Part shown: positions 30,377-40,467 of the stretch, one piece after another
Numbering within the stretch: position 1 is the first letter of the stretch
How the letters are laid out: every line of letters begins with the position of its first letter
NCBI GenBank assembly: GCA_051744345.1
Contig: JBNJCW010000002.1
Location: 1,176 to 65,175 of the forward strand
DNA from: Actinomycetota bacterium
GTDB lineage: Bacteria > Actinomycetota > Humimicrobiia > Humimicrobiales > Humimicrobiaceae
Direction of reading: 5' to 3'
Length of the DNA: 64,000 nucleotides
The notes under the pieces: model-generated
Seen by the model: only the letters and a program-made list of their open reading frames with translations
Database searches by the model: none
Told to the model about the DNA's origin: nothing
Program-made: the position numbers and the translations under genes

Positions 30377-31411
30377 TTATTTTTCATTATAACTTTTCTT
30401 AAAATTTTCCCAATATTCTATATTTTGTTTAATCAGCTCTGGAATATTAAGATTATAAGGACATTTTTCAATACACTCTTTACATTCAACACAACCTCTA
30501 GCTTTTTCTATAGCTTTTTCCTGCCAATAGATTGCAGAATCATAATCGGTCCTTTTTATTATACTCTTGGTAATTAAAACAGTACTTATTGGAATTCCTT
30601 CCGGACAAGGCTGGCAATAACCACAACGATGGCACCATTCATCTCCAAGTTTTTCTTTTATTTTTTTAATTCTCTGTTTTTCTTTATAAGCTAATGGTCT
30701 GGTATTCTCAACTATACCTACAATTTCTTTCATTTCTTCTGTCTCTTCTATCCCCGGATCCGGAACCACCTCTTTAAATTGGGAAAGATATCTAAAAGCC
30801 AGATTAGCATCTTCAAGCATTCCACCACCCATTGGTTTCATTGCTATAAAACCAATATTTAGCTTCTTGGCTAAGGGTATCAATTTTTTTTCAGCTTCAG
30901 TGTCTATAAAATTTAAAGGGATTTGGACTACTTGGAATTTATTGGTCAACATGATTTTTTCGGCTACATCAGGGCTATGAGAACTAAAAGCATAATATCT
31001 TACTTTTCCTTTAGCTACAGCATCTTCTAATCCCTCATAAGCCCCACCTGTAGCCATGACTTTTTTAAAATTATCTTGGTCATTTATAGCATGCAGATGA
31101 TATATATCGATATAATCAGTACCTAATCTTTTTAAGCTTAGATCCAAATGAGATAAAAATGTTTTTTTATCTTTAGCATTCGATTTAGAAGAAAGCACTA
31201 ATTTTTCTCGTTTAAACTTCTTTATAGCTTCTCCGATTTTTTCTTCACTATCACCATAAGCATTAGCAGTATCTATGAAATTTATACCCATATTAATAAC
31301 ATCTCTTATTACTTTAACGGCGTTCTTTTTAGTAAGACGCATTATGGGTATACCTCCTAAAGCTACTCTGCTCACCTTTAGGTCTGTGTTTCCAAATTTT
31401 ATCTTTTTCAT
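30377..31411 (-). CDS. Aldo/keto reductase with C-terminal 4Fe-4S cluster domain
   Basis: AKR fold with start MKKIKFGNTDLKVSRVALGG and an AAGGA RBS. C-terminal CHRCGYCQPCP...CVECKECIEKCP. Confidence 0.8.
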   Translation of the reverse strand: MKKIKFGNTDLKVSRVALGGIPIMRLTKKNAVKVIRDVINMGINFIDTANAYGDSEEKIGEAIKKFKREKLVLSSKSNAKDKKTFLSHLDLSLKRLGTDYIDIYHLHAINDQDNFKKVMATGGAYEGLEDAVAKGKVRYYAFSSHSPDVAEKIMLTNKFQVVQIPLNFIDTEAEKKLIPLAKKLNIGFIAMKPMGGGMLEDANLAFRYLSQFKEVVPDPGIEETEEMKEIVGIVENTRPLAYKEKQRIKKIKEKLGDEWCHRCGYCQPCPEGIPISTVLITKSIIKRTDYDSAIYWQEKAIEKARGCVECKECIEKCPYNLNIPELIKQNIEYWENFKKSYNEK

Positions 31412-31435
31412 GTAAAATCCTTTCTTATGTTTTGT

Positions 31436-32494
31436 TAGGGGGTAGTCAGTTTGCTCCACCTAATAAACTATGTTCAATTGCTTCCCCAATTGTAACCATA
31501 AGTTACATCATCCTCGACAATTGGCCCGGTAACAAATACTTGTTCCAAAAGTCTTCTAAAAACAAGTGCACGGCTAAGAGAAGTACACCTATTGAACCGA
31601 AATGTAAACTCCTCCAAGTAAAATTGCAAATGGCCGGGAATGACTGAACCTTGATGGGTACCGAGGTTCCACCGCTTAAGCAAGCTTGGAACTCGATAAA
31701 CACCTGGCATAGAGACATGGGAAGGATCCCCAGAAGATGAGAGCACAGTAACTTTTCACCTGTATTCCCATGTTCTGGCACCCTGTTGCAACCACGCCAC
31801 CCATCAGTGTGTATCAACGCTCCAGAAACTACCACATTACATATAAATGGTAGAAGACTTTCACCAGAAGTATCCGGAACATGGCGCATACGCACTCTTC
31901 CAAATCCTTTGGGTTGCTTGATCTCTACAGCAATAGCCACAATACTTTTAGTAGTGCCACGGTCTCGTTTGCCACCACCAACTAAAGCTTCATCCACTTC
32001 CACATCGCCTGATAATTGTTTACTTTTAAGCGTCTACCATCGCCGCCCTAAAACGCTGTAGCATTGTCCATACTACTCGGTAGCTTGTACCCAGAGCACA
32101 CCCTAAGGTTTTAGCCGATAATTCCGCTCTTAGCCATGGTTACGTGCCAAGCTGCCTCAAACCAAATCGTTAGCAGTGTTCTTGTTTTATCAAAGATTGT
32201 TCCTGTAGTCACTGATGCCTGATGGCGACAAATTGGACAAGCCAATCGGTCCAAGGCTTTCCTTCCATGGAACTGAAGACTTTTTGCATGATGGACAGAT
32301 AAATCCTTCAGGCCAAAGCAATTTTGACAAGAAATTCGCACAGGCAATGTCGTCAGAAAGCATTTCCACAAATCCCCGGTAAGTATTCGAGTAGTCAAAT
32401 CCTTCAACTAATGCCAATTTCAATATTTCTTTGCTCATTATGAATGTTTCTCTATTCATTTTAGCAGAGGTGGAGCTAATTGACCTCCCTCCCC
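31436..32494 (-). mobile_element. Degenerate IS1595-family insertion sequence (frameshifted transposase)
   Basis: Overlapping minus-strand ORFs encode an N-terminal Zn ribbon (WPEGFICPSCKKSS; LACPICRHQ...TGTIFDKTRTLLTIWFEAAWHV) and an ISXO2-like DDE region (EVDEALVGGGKRDRGTTKSIVAIAVE). GC is elevated and the termini share GCTCCACCT inverted ends. Confidence 0.55.
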
Positions 32495-32600
32495 TTAATT
32501 ATATTTATTCTTAAATTGTTTAACAATAAAAAAGATTATAGATTTTCAACTGTGTCATTTTCACTATAAAAGATGAGTTAAAAATAAAATGATTGATTGC

Positions 32601-32660
32601 TGGCTCCCCCAAGTAATGAAATTTCGAACCAATTTATGAATGAAATGATTAAATTAAAAG
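32601..32660 (+). repeat. tRNA-Asn-3'-end-like repeat copy
   Basis: tggctcccccaagtaatgaaatttcgaaccaatttatgaatgaaatgattaaattaaaagg. Confidence 0.7.
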
Positions 32661-32753
32661 GCTCTTTGTTTTTTACAAGTATTGTTGATTTTCTACACCA
32701 CCTTTACAGAACATGCTCCCAGCAGAAGAGCCCTTCTTGCTGCTGGAATGGTT

Positions 32754-32951
32754 TTATCCTTTGCTACAGTATCCACTTGCAAAGCGCCTGGCTCTAATCT
32801 CAGATATTATATCGGATTGATTTTCCCCTTCTTCCATTTTCTTACCGGAAAGTAGTGCGATAATTTCTTTCTTTTCATCCTCTGAGAGGTCTAGTAGCAT
32901 TTGGTAGAGTTTCTTTTTTGTATCTTTTGCCATACTTTTCCTTTCGAACAT
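32754..32951 (-). CDS. Small hypothetical protein (possible regulator)
   Basis: 65-aa ORF (MAKDTKKKLYQMLLDLSEDEKKEIIALLSGK...). No recognised family. Confidence 0.3.
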   Translation of the reverse strand: MFERKSMAKDTKKKLYQMLLDLSEDEKKEIIALLSGKKMEEGENQSDIISEIRARRFASGYCSKG

Positions 32952-33240
32952 ACTTAATTTAGACCTATATTATCAAACGTATGTTCGTACTTCAACAATA
33001 CTTTTAAAAAGAGCCAATTAAAAAGCTTACTTATTAAATAAACAATATAAGTGTATGTTTTAAAAAGCATATTATAGACATTATCATGACATGATTAACG
33101 CTTTTAATAACTCCATACTTTAAGAATTCAGTCTTGCATATGCTCTGCCATATTTTTAATTCCTCAAACTTAAAGTTGAATAATTCATGTTTTAAGATTA
33201 GTATTTTAAAACAAGCAATCATTTTTTTAAAAGCTTTTTA

Positions 33241-34422
33241 ATGGCAAATAAGACTGTTAATAGAATAAAGCAAAATCAGATACTTGTATTTGGTTTTTCG
33301 CAGCTACTTGTGCTATCTGTATCCAGGCTGATCATTGGTCCTCTAATACCGCTTATTTCAGAAGAGCTAAAAATAGGTTTGGACTTTATAGGTTCAGCTA
33401 TTTCTGTAAGTATTTTTCCCTTGTTTTTAGTATCACTAAGTGCCGGCAATCTCATAGAGCTAATAGGTCTAAAGAAAGTCCTTTATATCGGATTGGGCAT
33501 GAGCATAGCTGGTTCCATGATGCTGTATTTTTCACATTCCTTTCCCACCTTTATGGTTGCGTACTTACTGCTACAATCTGGATTTGGAGTTCTGGTTATA
33601 GGAAATTTTTCTATCATAGGAAGTCTGTATCCCACCCGCAAGACATCAAGCCTAATTAAATTAGATATGGGAGTTGTAGCAGGTTTTGTTATTGCTCCTA
33701 TTATGGTTAGTCTGATGCTTTTTATAAAGGCTGATTGGCGTAATTACTATCTTTTTAGTCTGATATTACTGTTTGCTTTAGTGGTTATATTATGGAAGCT
33801 TAAGGTGCCCAGGGCGGTTCGTATAAGGAACGATCTAAAGACCTTGTTTATGACTAACAAGAGTATTATTTCCAATAACAGTTTTGTTATGTGCGGGATG
33901 ATAATCTTTTTTTATGCTTCCGTTATGAATACTTTTTTTATGTGGTTTACGTCTTATTTTCAGAATGTTGATATAGAAATTAACATTAGCTCTCTTTTCC
34001 TTGCAATATATGGTGTAGCTATTTTCATTGGTATGATGCTACGGGGCAAATTGATCAAGCATTTCAAAGAGAAGGGTATCCTGCTTTTTGGTTTTATAGC
34101 ATCCTTATGCCTGCTTATAGGAATTCTGTTTATACAAGATTTGATATTTAAGAATATCCTGATATTCTTATTTGGTATTACTATTGCTGGCAATTTTCCA
34201 ATTGTCTTTTCCATAGGGTCAGGACTTTTTCCGGAATATGCCAACTCTGTTTCCGGGCTAATGGTTGCTTTTGCAAACTTAGGAACAATGGTGTTTCAGT
34301 ATCTTTCAGGGTATTTTTCAGAATACTATTCAAAAAACAGTGTTTTATATATAAATATAGCTATTTTACTGATACTTATTATTCTAACCTCTATTCTAAA
34401 TTATTATAAAAAGTTTAAGTAA
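33241..34422 (+). CDS. MFS transporter
   Basis: 393 aa with about 12 hydrophobic helices. No motif beyond MFS topology recognised. Confidence 0.75.
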   Translation: MANKTVNRIKQNQILVFGFSQLLVLSVSRLIIGPLIPLISEELKIGLDFIGSAISVSIFPLFLVSLSAGNLIELIGLKKVLYIGLGMSIAGSMMLYFSHSFPTFMVAYLLLQSGFGVLVIGNFSIIGSLYPTRKTSSLIKLDMGVVAGFVIAPIMVSLMLFIKADWRNYYLFSLILLFALVVILWKLKVPRAVRIRNDLKTLFMTNKSIISNNSFVMCGMIIFFYASVMNTFFMWFTSYFQNVDIEINISSLFLAIYGVAIFIGMMLRGKLIKHFKEKGILLFGFIASLCLLIGILFIQDLIFKNILIFLFGITIAGNFPIVFSIGSGLFPEYANSVSGLMVAFANLGTMVFQYLSGYFSEYYSKNSVLYINIAILLILIILTSILNYYKKFK

Positions 34423-34752
34423 ATAGATAATATGTTTATAATGTCAATAATTTTTTAGCTCTTTTTAAGGATTGTTGATTTTTTATTTTGAATTTATTGG
34501 CTTAATTCTTAGTTTTCCCCTCTTTTTTACTAATACCTGCATACTATTTCTAATAAATAGTTCAGATAATTGATTAAATGCATTAGAACCAAATTCAGAC
34601 GGTTGAAAAAGTTTCTCTCTCTTCAAAGTATGTCGTATTTTTTAAACTTATCTTTATATATCAACAATGTTCTTAAAAAGAGCCAATTTTTATTATAAAT
34701 TAAGAATTACAGTTTTCTGTTTTTATGATATATGCTATATGGTTTTCTGAAG

Positions 34753-34813
34753 TGGCTCCCCCAACAGATGAAATTTCGAACCAATTTCTTAATGAATTAT
34801 TAAAGTTGAAAAT
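34753..34813 (+). repeat. tRNA-Asn-3'-end-like repeat copy
   Basis: tggctcccccaacagatgaaatttcgaaccaatttcttaatgaattattaaagttgaaaat. About 80% identical to the 32601 copy. Confidence 0.7.
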
Positions 34814-34883
34814 AAATTTTATGCAGTAATTGACAAAAAGTATATTATTTAGTACTATTTAAAGTACTAAAAGGAGTATTATT

Positions 34884-35141
34884 ATGGTAAAAATATTAAC
34901 AGCAAACGAATTAAAACAAAAAGGTGCTTCAGCATTAAAAGATGCGACCTCAAGCGACAGTGCAGTTATTATTACTGTAAGAGGAAAGAGTGAATATGTC
35001 GTTTTGCCTATTGCAGCATATAATAGCTTGAGAGAGTGCGAGCTTGAAATTGCCCTTATCGAATCAAGAAAAGATATGGAAAATGGCAAATTTATTGAAG
35101 AATCTGTTGAAGAACACATTAGAAGAATAACCGGTGAATAA
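34884..35141 (+). CDS. Phd/YefM-family antitoxin
   Basis: 85 aa. The block ITVRGKSEYVVLPIAAYNSLRE is typical of Phd/YefM. Overlaps the downstream toxin gene by 8 nt. Confidence 0.7.
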   Translation: MVKILTANELKQKGASALKDATSSDSAVIITVRGKSEYVVLPIAAYNSLRECELEIALIESRKDMENGKFIEESVEEHIRRITGE

Positions 35142-35406
35142 AATAATATATACAGAGACATATATTAAGAGAGCCAAAAAGTTTTTAAAAAATCACCCTG
35201 AAATTATTTCTCAATACGAAAAGACTTTAAAGTTAATCGAAATAAATGTATTTCACCCATCACTTCGCTTGCATAAATTAAAAGGTAAATTATCAGATTT
35301 ATATTCAGTTTCAATTAATATCTCATATAGGATATGCATTGATTTCATTATTGAAGAAAACACGATAATTCCGATTGATTTAGGAAAACATGATGATGTA
35401 TATTAA
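35134..35406 (+). CDS. YafQ/RelE-family mRNA interferase toxin
   Basis: 90 aa with the conserved features HPSLRLHKLKGKLSDLYSVSINISYRICIDF.... Confidence 0.65.
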   Translation: MNKIIYTETYIKRAKKFLKNHPEIISQYEKTLKLIEINVFHPSLRLHKLKGKLSDLYSVSINISYRICIDFIIEENTIIPIDLGKHDDVY

Positions 35407-35412
35407 AATTTG

Positions 35413-35454
35413 CTGGCTCCCCCTAGTGGACATATTTCGAACTTTTTATTTTGA
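35413..35454 (+). repeat. tRNA-Asn-3'-end-like repeat copy
   Basis: ctggctccccctagtggacatatttcgaactttttattttga. Preceded by aaatttgc, which is identical to the tRNA flank. Confidence 0.75.
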
Positions 35455-35537
35455 TAATATGTTTAATATTGATAAAATCAATAATATTAAAAATACTATA
35501 AACTATTTGATTATGCAATAAATACTTATCTTAATAA

Positions 35538-36304
35538 TTGTGGATTTTTGATTTAGAAAATAAAACTTATTTTTTATTTTTAGACGAGTCTGGTCATCAT
35601 GGCCTAAAAAAATAAATCGAGAATACCCAATATTTCTGCTTGCATGTTGTATTTTTAAAGAAACTTATTTTAAAACTATATTTCTAAAAAGAGCAAAAGA
35701 ATTGAAAATCAAGCACTTTGGGACTGATAAAATCATTTTGCATTCAAGAGATATTAGGAAATGGCAAAAGGAATTTAAGTGTCTTGGAGATATAAATAAG
35801 AGAATAGATTTTTACAAAGATTTAGATAATTTAATACAAACATCAGAGTTCACAATTATTGCTTCAGCAATAGAAAAAAATAAGCTTATCCAACAATATG
35901 GGCCCAGAGCAGATAACCCATACAATATATCACTTTCTTTTATCTTAGAAAGAAGCATATTTTATACAGATAATATTAATTGTAATTCTATTGAAATAAT
36001 AGCAGAATCACGTGGTAAAAGAGAAGATGACCAACTATACTCTCAATATCAATTAATTCTGCATAATGGGACCCATTATGTAACGAGTAATAGATTTAGA
36101 AATAAAATGAAATCTTTTAAATTTGTGGATAAAATTGATAATAATATTGGTATCCAAATCGCTGACCTTGTTGCCTATCCTATAGCAACAAAAATTATTT
36201 ATCCTAAAAGAGTTAATTTAGCATTTGAAGTATTAGAAGATAAAATTTATAGACAATTTCCTGGTGCTGATTATATAGGGTATGGATTAAAAATATTCCC
36301 ATAA
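35538..36304 (+). pseudogene. DUF3800 family protein gene interrupted by a frameshift at an A7 tract
   Basis: N-terminal frame gives LWIFDLENKTYFLFLDESGHHGLKK*, which is the DUF3800 N-motif. The main frame resumes PKKINREYP...MKIKHFG... and includes IQIADLVAYP. An A7-to-A8 change at 35606-35612 restores one ORF. Confidence 0.6.
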
Positions 36305-36417
36305 ACGAAACAAGTCCCCTCAGGGACTTGCCGATCGTGATCCACAATCCAATAATACTATAACAAAATTAGAATTAGTTTGTCAATAATTCAAAAATCC
36401 ATTGACATTTAAAAATC

Positions 36418-36632
36418 CATGGCTCCCCCTAGTGGACATATTCCGAACTTTTTATTTTAATGAAACCAGTACTTTAGAAGATAAATTAGATAGAATTAAC
36501 ACTATTTTTGTATTCCCATAATCAAGAGTTTTATTTTGTAAGCCTCTTTATTGAAGGTTTTAAACCCATTTCCCAAAAATTTACAATATAAAGATAATAT
36601 ATTGACATCATAAATTTATTTTATATAATTAT
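36418..36632 (+). repeat. Long direct repeat R2 (about 215 bp), carrying a sigma70-like promoter for brnT-brnA
   Basis: About 95% identical to 23193..23410. Ends with TTGACA, 17 nt, then TATAAT about 8 nt before the brnT ATG. Confidence 0.85.
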
Positions 36633-36635
36633 TTT

Positions 36636-36902
36636 ATGATAATCTATGATAAAAATAAGGCCATAAAATTAAGATATGAGCGCAATATTGAGATTGAAGA
36701 CATCTTAGATATCATTATTCATAAAAAATATTTAGATATATTAGAACATCCAAAAAGAGCGGGACAGCAAATTTTCATTCTTGAATATAGAGATTATATA
36801 CATGTTGTACCTTTTGTTATTGATAATGACAACAACATTATAATAAAAACAGTATTCCCCAGCAGGAATTTTCATAAGATATATAAGGAGGAATTAAAAT
36901 GA
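36636..36902 (+). CDS. BrnT-like toxin (DUF497/DUF4258-like)
   Basis: 88-aa protein with C-terminal IIIKTVFPSRNFHKIY resembling BrnT RIISARKA...Y. Overlaps the downstream BrnA-like gene. Confidence 0.5.
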   Translation: MIIYDKNKAIKLRYERNIEIEDILDIIIHKKYLDILEHPKRAGQQIFILEYRDYIHVVPFVIDNDNNIIIKTVFPSRNFHKIYKEELK

Positions 36903-37189
36903 AATATGAATTAGATACAGATGAAAAGATTATTGAAAGAGAAGCAACAGAATATAAAAAAGTTTCTGAAGAGAAAAAGAAAAATATCGAGTCAGTTTTA
37001 GAAAGAAGTTCAAAAAAAAGAGTTGTGACTCTAAGACTTAATAATAATGATCTTGAGCAATTAAAATCCATTGCAAATATCGAAGGTATCCCCTATCAGA
37101 CATTAATATCAAGCATACTACATAAGTATATCAATGACAGATTTGTTGATAAAAAAGAAGTATTTAAGATTTCAGAATTATTGAAATGA
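36899..37189 (+). CDS. BrnA-like antitoxin
   Basis: RVVTLRLNNNDLEQLKSIANIEGIPYQTLISSILHKYI matches the BrnA C-terminal RHH-like motif (VPYQSLIK). Confidence 0.55.
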   Translation: MKYELDTDEKIIEREATEYKKVSEEKKKNIESVLERSSKKRVVTLRLNNNDLEQLKSIANIEGIPYQTLISSILHKYINDRFVDKKEVFKISELLK

Positions 37190-37196
37190 AATTTGC

Positions 37197-37271
<75 letters not shown>

Positions 37272-37339
37272 AAGCCTTACACGATAAGCTATTATAATAT
37301 AGAAAATATTTATTGCAAGCTTCCGGCAGAATTTCCCAA

Positions 37340-38449
37340 TCAGGTTTCCAGGAAATCTTTCAATGCACCGCTTCTGTTTGGATGCCTTAACTTGCTTAAA
37401 GTCTTGGATTCTATTTGCCTAATTCTTTCCCTGGTAACACCAAACTCACGCCCTACCTCTTCCAGAGTTCTGGGATGTCCGTCCTGCAGCCCAAATCTTA
37501 ACTGTATAACCTTCCTCTCCCTTTCATTGAGAGTGTTTAGGACATCCTGAAGCTGCTCCTGCAGCAAGGTAAAGGAGGCCGCATCCGATGGAGCCTCAAC
37601 CTCGGAATCCTCAATAAAATCCCCCAGGTGACTGTCTTCTTCCTCTCCTATTGGGGTCTCCAGTGATACAGGTTCCTGCGAAATCTTCATTATTTCCCTT
37701 ACCTTATCTGGAGAAAAGTCCATCTGCTTGGCAATCTCTTCAGGAACAGGCTCCCTGCCCAGCTTCTGCAGCAACTGCCTTTGAATCCTGATTAATTTAT
37801 TTATGGTCTCTACCATATGGACAGGAATCCTTATGGTCCTTGCCTGATCAGCAATAGCTCTGGTAATTGCCTGCCTGATCCACCAGGTAGCATAGGTTGA
37901 AAACTTGTATCCCTTGGTATGGTCAAACTTCTCTACAGCCCTTATAAGGCCAAGATTTCCTTCCTGTATAAGGTCAAGAAACAGCATGCCCCTTCCAACA
38001 TATTTCTTGGCAATGCTTACAACCAGCCTTAAATTTGCCTCAACCAGCTTTCTCTTTGCTGCCATATCACCTTTTTTTATCCTTTTGGCCAGCTGTACTT
38101 CTTCAACTGCAGTAAGAAGCCTTACTTTACCTATTTCCTTAAGGTACATCCTTACAGGATCATTAGTAGGAGATTTTATAGTAAGGTCTAACTTTTTCTT
38201 TAAAGCATCTTCTTGTTTTTTACTCCTGCTTATAACATCAAGGTCTTCATCTTCTTCGCTGATAATCTCTATACCAAGGTTTTGCAGTACATCATATATA
38301 TTTTCTATCTGTTCCTTGGTGAGATCCACCTCAGATAAAGCTTCTCCTATCTCTTCAGTAGTCAGAAGCCCTTCTTCCTTGCCCTTGCTTATAAGGGCTT
38401 TCACTTCATCTAACTTGAATTCAGCTCCTCTTTTCATTATTTCTATCAC
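37340..38449 (-). CDS. sigA: RNA polymerase primary sigma factor RpoD/SigA
   Basis: Regions 1.2 to 4 present: [24 protein letters not shown], and region 4 [20 protein letters not shown]. Confidence 0.95.
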   Translation of the reverse strand: MIEIMKRGAEFKLDEVKALISKGKEEGLLTTEEIGEALSEVDLTKEQIENIYDVLQNLGIEIISEEDEDLDVISRSKKQEDALKKKLDLTIKSPTNDPVRMYLKEIGKVRLLTAVEEVQLAKRIKKGDMAAKRKLVEANLRLVVSIAKKYVGRGMLFLDLIQEGNLGLIRAVEKFDHTKGYKFSTYATWWIRQAITRAIADQARTIRIPVHMVETINKLIRIQRQLLQKLGREPVPEEIAKQMDFSPDKVREIMKISQEPVSLETPIGEEEDSHLGDFIEDSEVEAPSDAASFTLLQEQLQDVLNTLNERERKVIQLRFGLQDGHPRTLEEVGREFGVTRERIRQIESKTLSKLRHPNRSGALKDFLET

Positions 38450-38506
38450 CTCAAATATATTTTAAATGGAAATAAGACCAGTATTTTACATATTATATTG
38501 AAAATA

Positions 38507-40393
38507 TCAAGTAATTTTCTCTGCCATTGCTTGTTCCACCAGCTTTATATGCTTCTGGCACAGCTGATTATACTTTTGCTGGATTTCAGTTCCGGTTTCC
38601 CCTTTTTTCTTCCTCTCTTCTATTTTTAACATCTCTGACCTGATTCTGTCAATTTCCTGTAAGAGATTGACCAATTTTAAATTTTTCAGTACTTCTTTAC
38701 AATTCACCCTGCCGTTTTTATAAGGTTTAGAATCAAAATAAATGGTATTGTAAAGTTTCTGTACCGCCTCTTCTTCTAAATAATCTGACGTTATTTCTAC
38801 GGGAAAGTTTATTTTTTTAGATGCCTTCCTGTAGTCTGTAATCAATTTGCTTAATATATTAAATAACTTTCTAGTATCCTCGAACCTGAAGTAACTTTCA
38901 TCCAGTCCCAAAAAACATCCATCTGTTAATCCTTCGCCGTTTATCATAAGCCTAAGCGCTTCAATTTCCAGCTTCTTGTAAGGTGCTTCATTTTTTTCCG
39001 GCAGTTTTCCGCCGGGGGTATGTGTATTTTTTTTACTACTGCTTCCCATCTTAACCAGTTCTTCAAACAGCAGGCTTTCTTTTAAATCAAGTTTTCTGGA
39101 AACTTTTTTTATGCATTCTTCCTGTATTATTTTGGAAGAGAGGGTAAGAATAAATTTCAGCAGCTCATTGCTGGCCCTCAGTTTGCCGTTGATATTGGAA
39201 ATATCATGCTTCTTCATTATAGTATCCAGGGTAAAATCAATTATGTTTTCCGCCTGCCTGACCTGGTCCAGGAAAGCACTGCTCCCCCTTTTAAAAGTAT
39301 AATCTGCAGGATCATAACCCTTCTCCAGAATCGCTACCTCTATGCTCATATTGTTTTCATTAAAAAGGTCTAACCTATGGTTGTATTCCTTAAGCCTATC
39401 CATTCCCTTAAGTGATGCAGACATTCCTGCCTGGTCGCTGTCAAAAACAAGAACTATATTCTGGGTAAACCTGCCCAAAAGTTTTATCTGCTCGGAGGTT
39501 AAAGCAGTTCCCAGGCTGGCAACAACATTTTGGATACCATTCTGGAAAAGAGCCATTACATCGGTATAGCCTTCCACAATCAATGCCCTGTTCTGCTCAA
39601 CTATAGCATTTTTAGCCCTGTATATATTATATATATTCTTGCTTTTAGAATAGAGTTTTGTTTCGGGTGTGTTTATGTATTTGGCTGACTGCCTGTCAGC
39701 CCCCGGGTTTAATATCCTTGCTCCAAAACCAATGGTTTTGCCCACTACGTCTTCTATGGGAAACATTATCCTTCCCCTGAACCGGTCATATATCTCCTGC
39801 CTTCCCTTTTTGCTTTTTATGGCCATTCCGGCTTCTATAAGTTCCGTAGGGCTGTAATTCCTTTTCCGGGCAAAACTGCAAAACTGCTCCCAGCTGTTCA
39901 GGCTGTAGCCTACCTGAAACCGCTCAATGGTCTTCTTGTTAAAACCTCTGTTTTCCAGGTACTCTAAGGCTGCACCACCGGCTTTGGAATTAAACAATAC
40001 ATAATGGTAGTATTTTTTGGCAAGCTCATTTAAATCCAGCAGCTTTTCCTTGAATTTTCTTGATGTAGAGGACTCCCGTGTGCTATATGTAAGCTTATAG
40101 CCTGTCTTATTGGCTAAAAACTCTACCGCTTCCAAAAACTCCATATTCTCTATTTTCATAAGAAAACTTATAACATCTCCGCCTTCTCCGCAGCCAAAAC
40201 AGTGGTACAGCTGCTTGATTGAATCAACAGTAAAAGATGGAGTTTTTTCCTGGTGAAAAGGGCATAGACCTACGAAATTCTTGCCTCTTTTTTTCAGGCT
40301 TACATATCCGCCTATTACATCAGCAATGTCCGATCTGGTTTTAAGTTCTTCTACTTCACCTTCTTTAAGGCTTTTAGACATAGCTTCTCCCAC
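38507..40393 (-). CDS. dnaG: DNA primase DnaG
   Basis: N-terminal zinc ribbon CPFHQEKTPSF...CFGCG and TOPRIM motifs (EGYTDV, VLVFDSD). Confidence 0.95.
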   Translation of the reverse strand: MGEAMSKSLKEGEVEELKTRSDIADVIGGYVSLKKRGKNFVGLCPFHQEKTPSFTVDSIKQLYHCFGCGEGGDVISFLMKIENMEFLEAVEFLANKTGYKLTYSTRESSTSRKFKEKLLDLNELAKKYYHYVLFNSKAGGAALEYLENRGFNKKTIERFQVGYSLNSWEQFCSFARKRNYSPTELIEAGMAIKSKKGRQEIYDRFRGRIMFPIEDVVGKTIGFGARILNPGADRQSAKYINTPETKLYSKSKNIYNIYRAKNAIVEQNRALIVEGYTDVMALFQNGIQNVVASLGTALTSEQIKLLGRFTQNIVLVFDSDQAGMSASLKGMDRLKEYNHRLDLFNENNMSIEVAILEKGYDPADYTFKRGSSAFLDQVRQAENIIDFTLDTIMKKHDISNINGKLRASNELLKFILTLSSKIIQEECIKKVSRKLDLKESLLFEELVKMGSSSKKNTHTPGGKLPEKNEAPYKKLEIEALRLMINGEGLTDGCFLGLDESYFRFEDTRKLFNILSKLITDYRKASKKINFPVEITSDYLEEEAVQKLYNTIYFDSKPYKNGRVNCKEVLKNLKLVNLLQEIDRIRSEMLKIEERKKKGETGTEIQQKYNQLCQKHIKLVEQAMAEKIT

Positions 40394-40467
40394 AGCAATT
40401 TTTTTAAAAGAGGCATAACCTATTTTACCAGATTATGGTTTAGGTATGAAAAATTATAGGAAGAATT

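Noticed and set aside
32597-32797. Six-frame ORF (66 aa, MLAPPSNEISNQF...) as a real gene
   Set aside because: Its N-terminus is simply the translation of the tRNA-end-like repeat. The same peptide-like reading occurs at other copies and through the antisense of the tRNA itself (LLAPRVGFEPTT).
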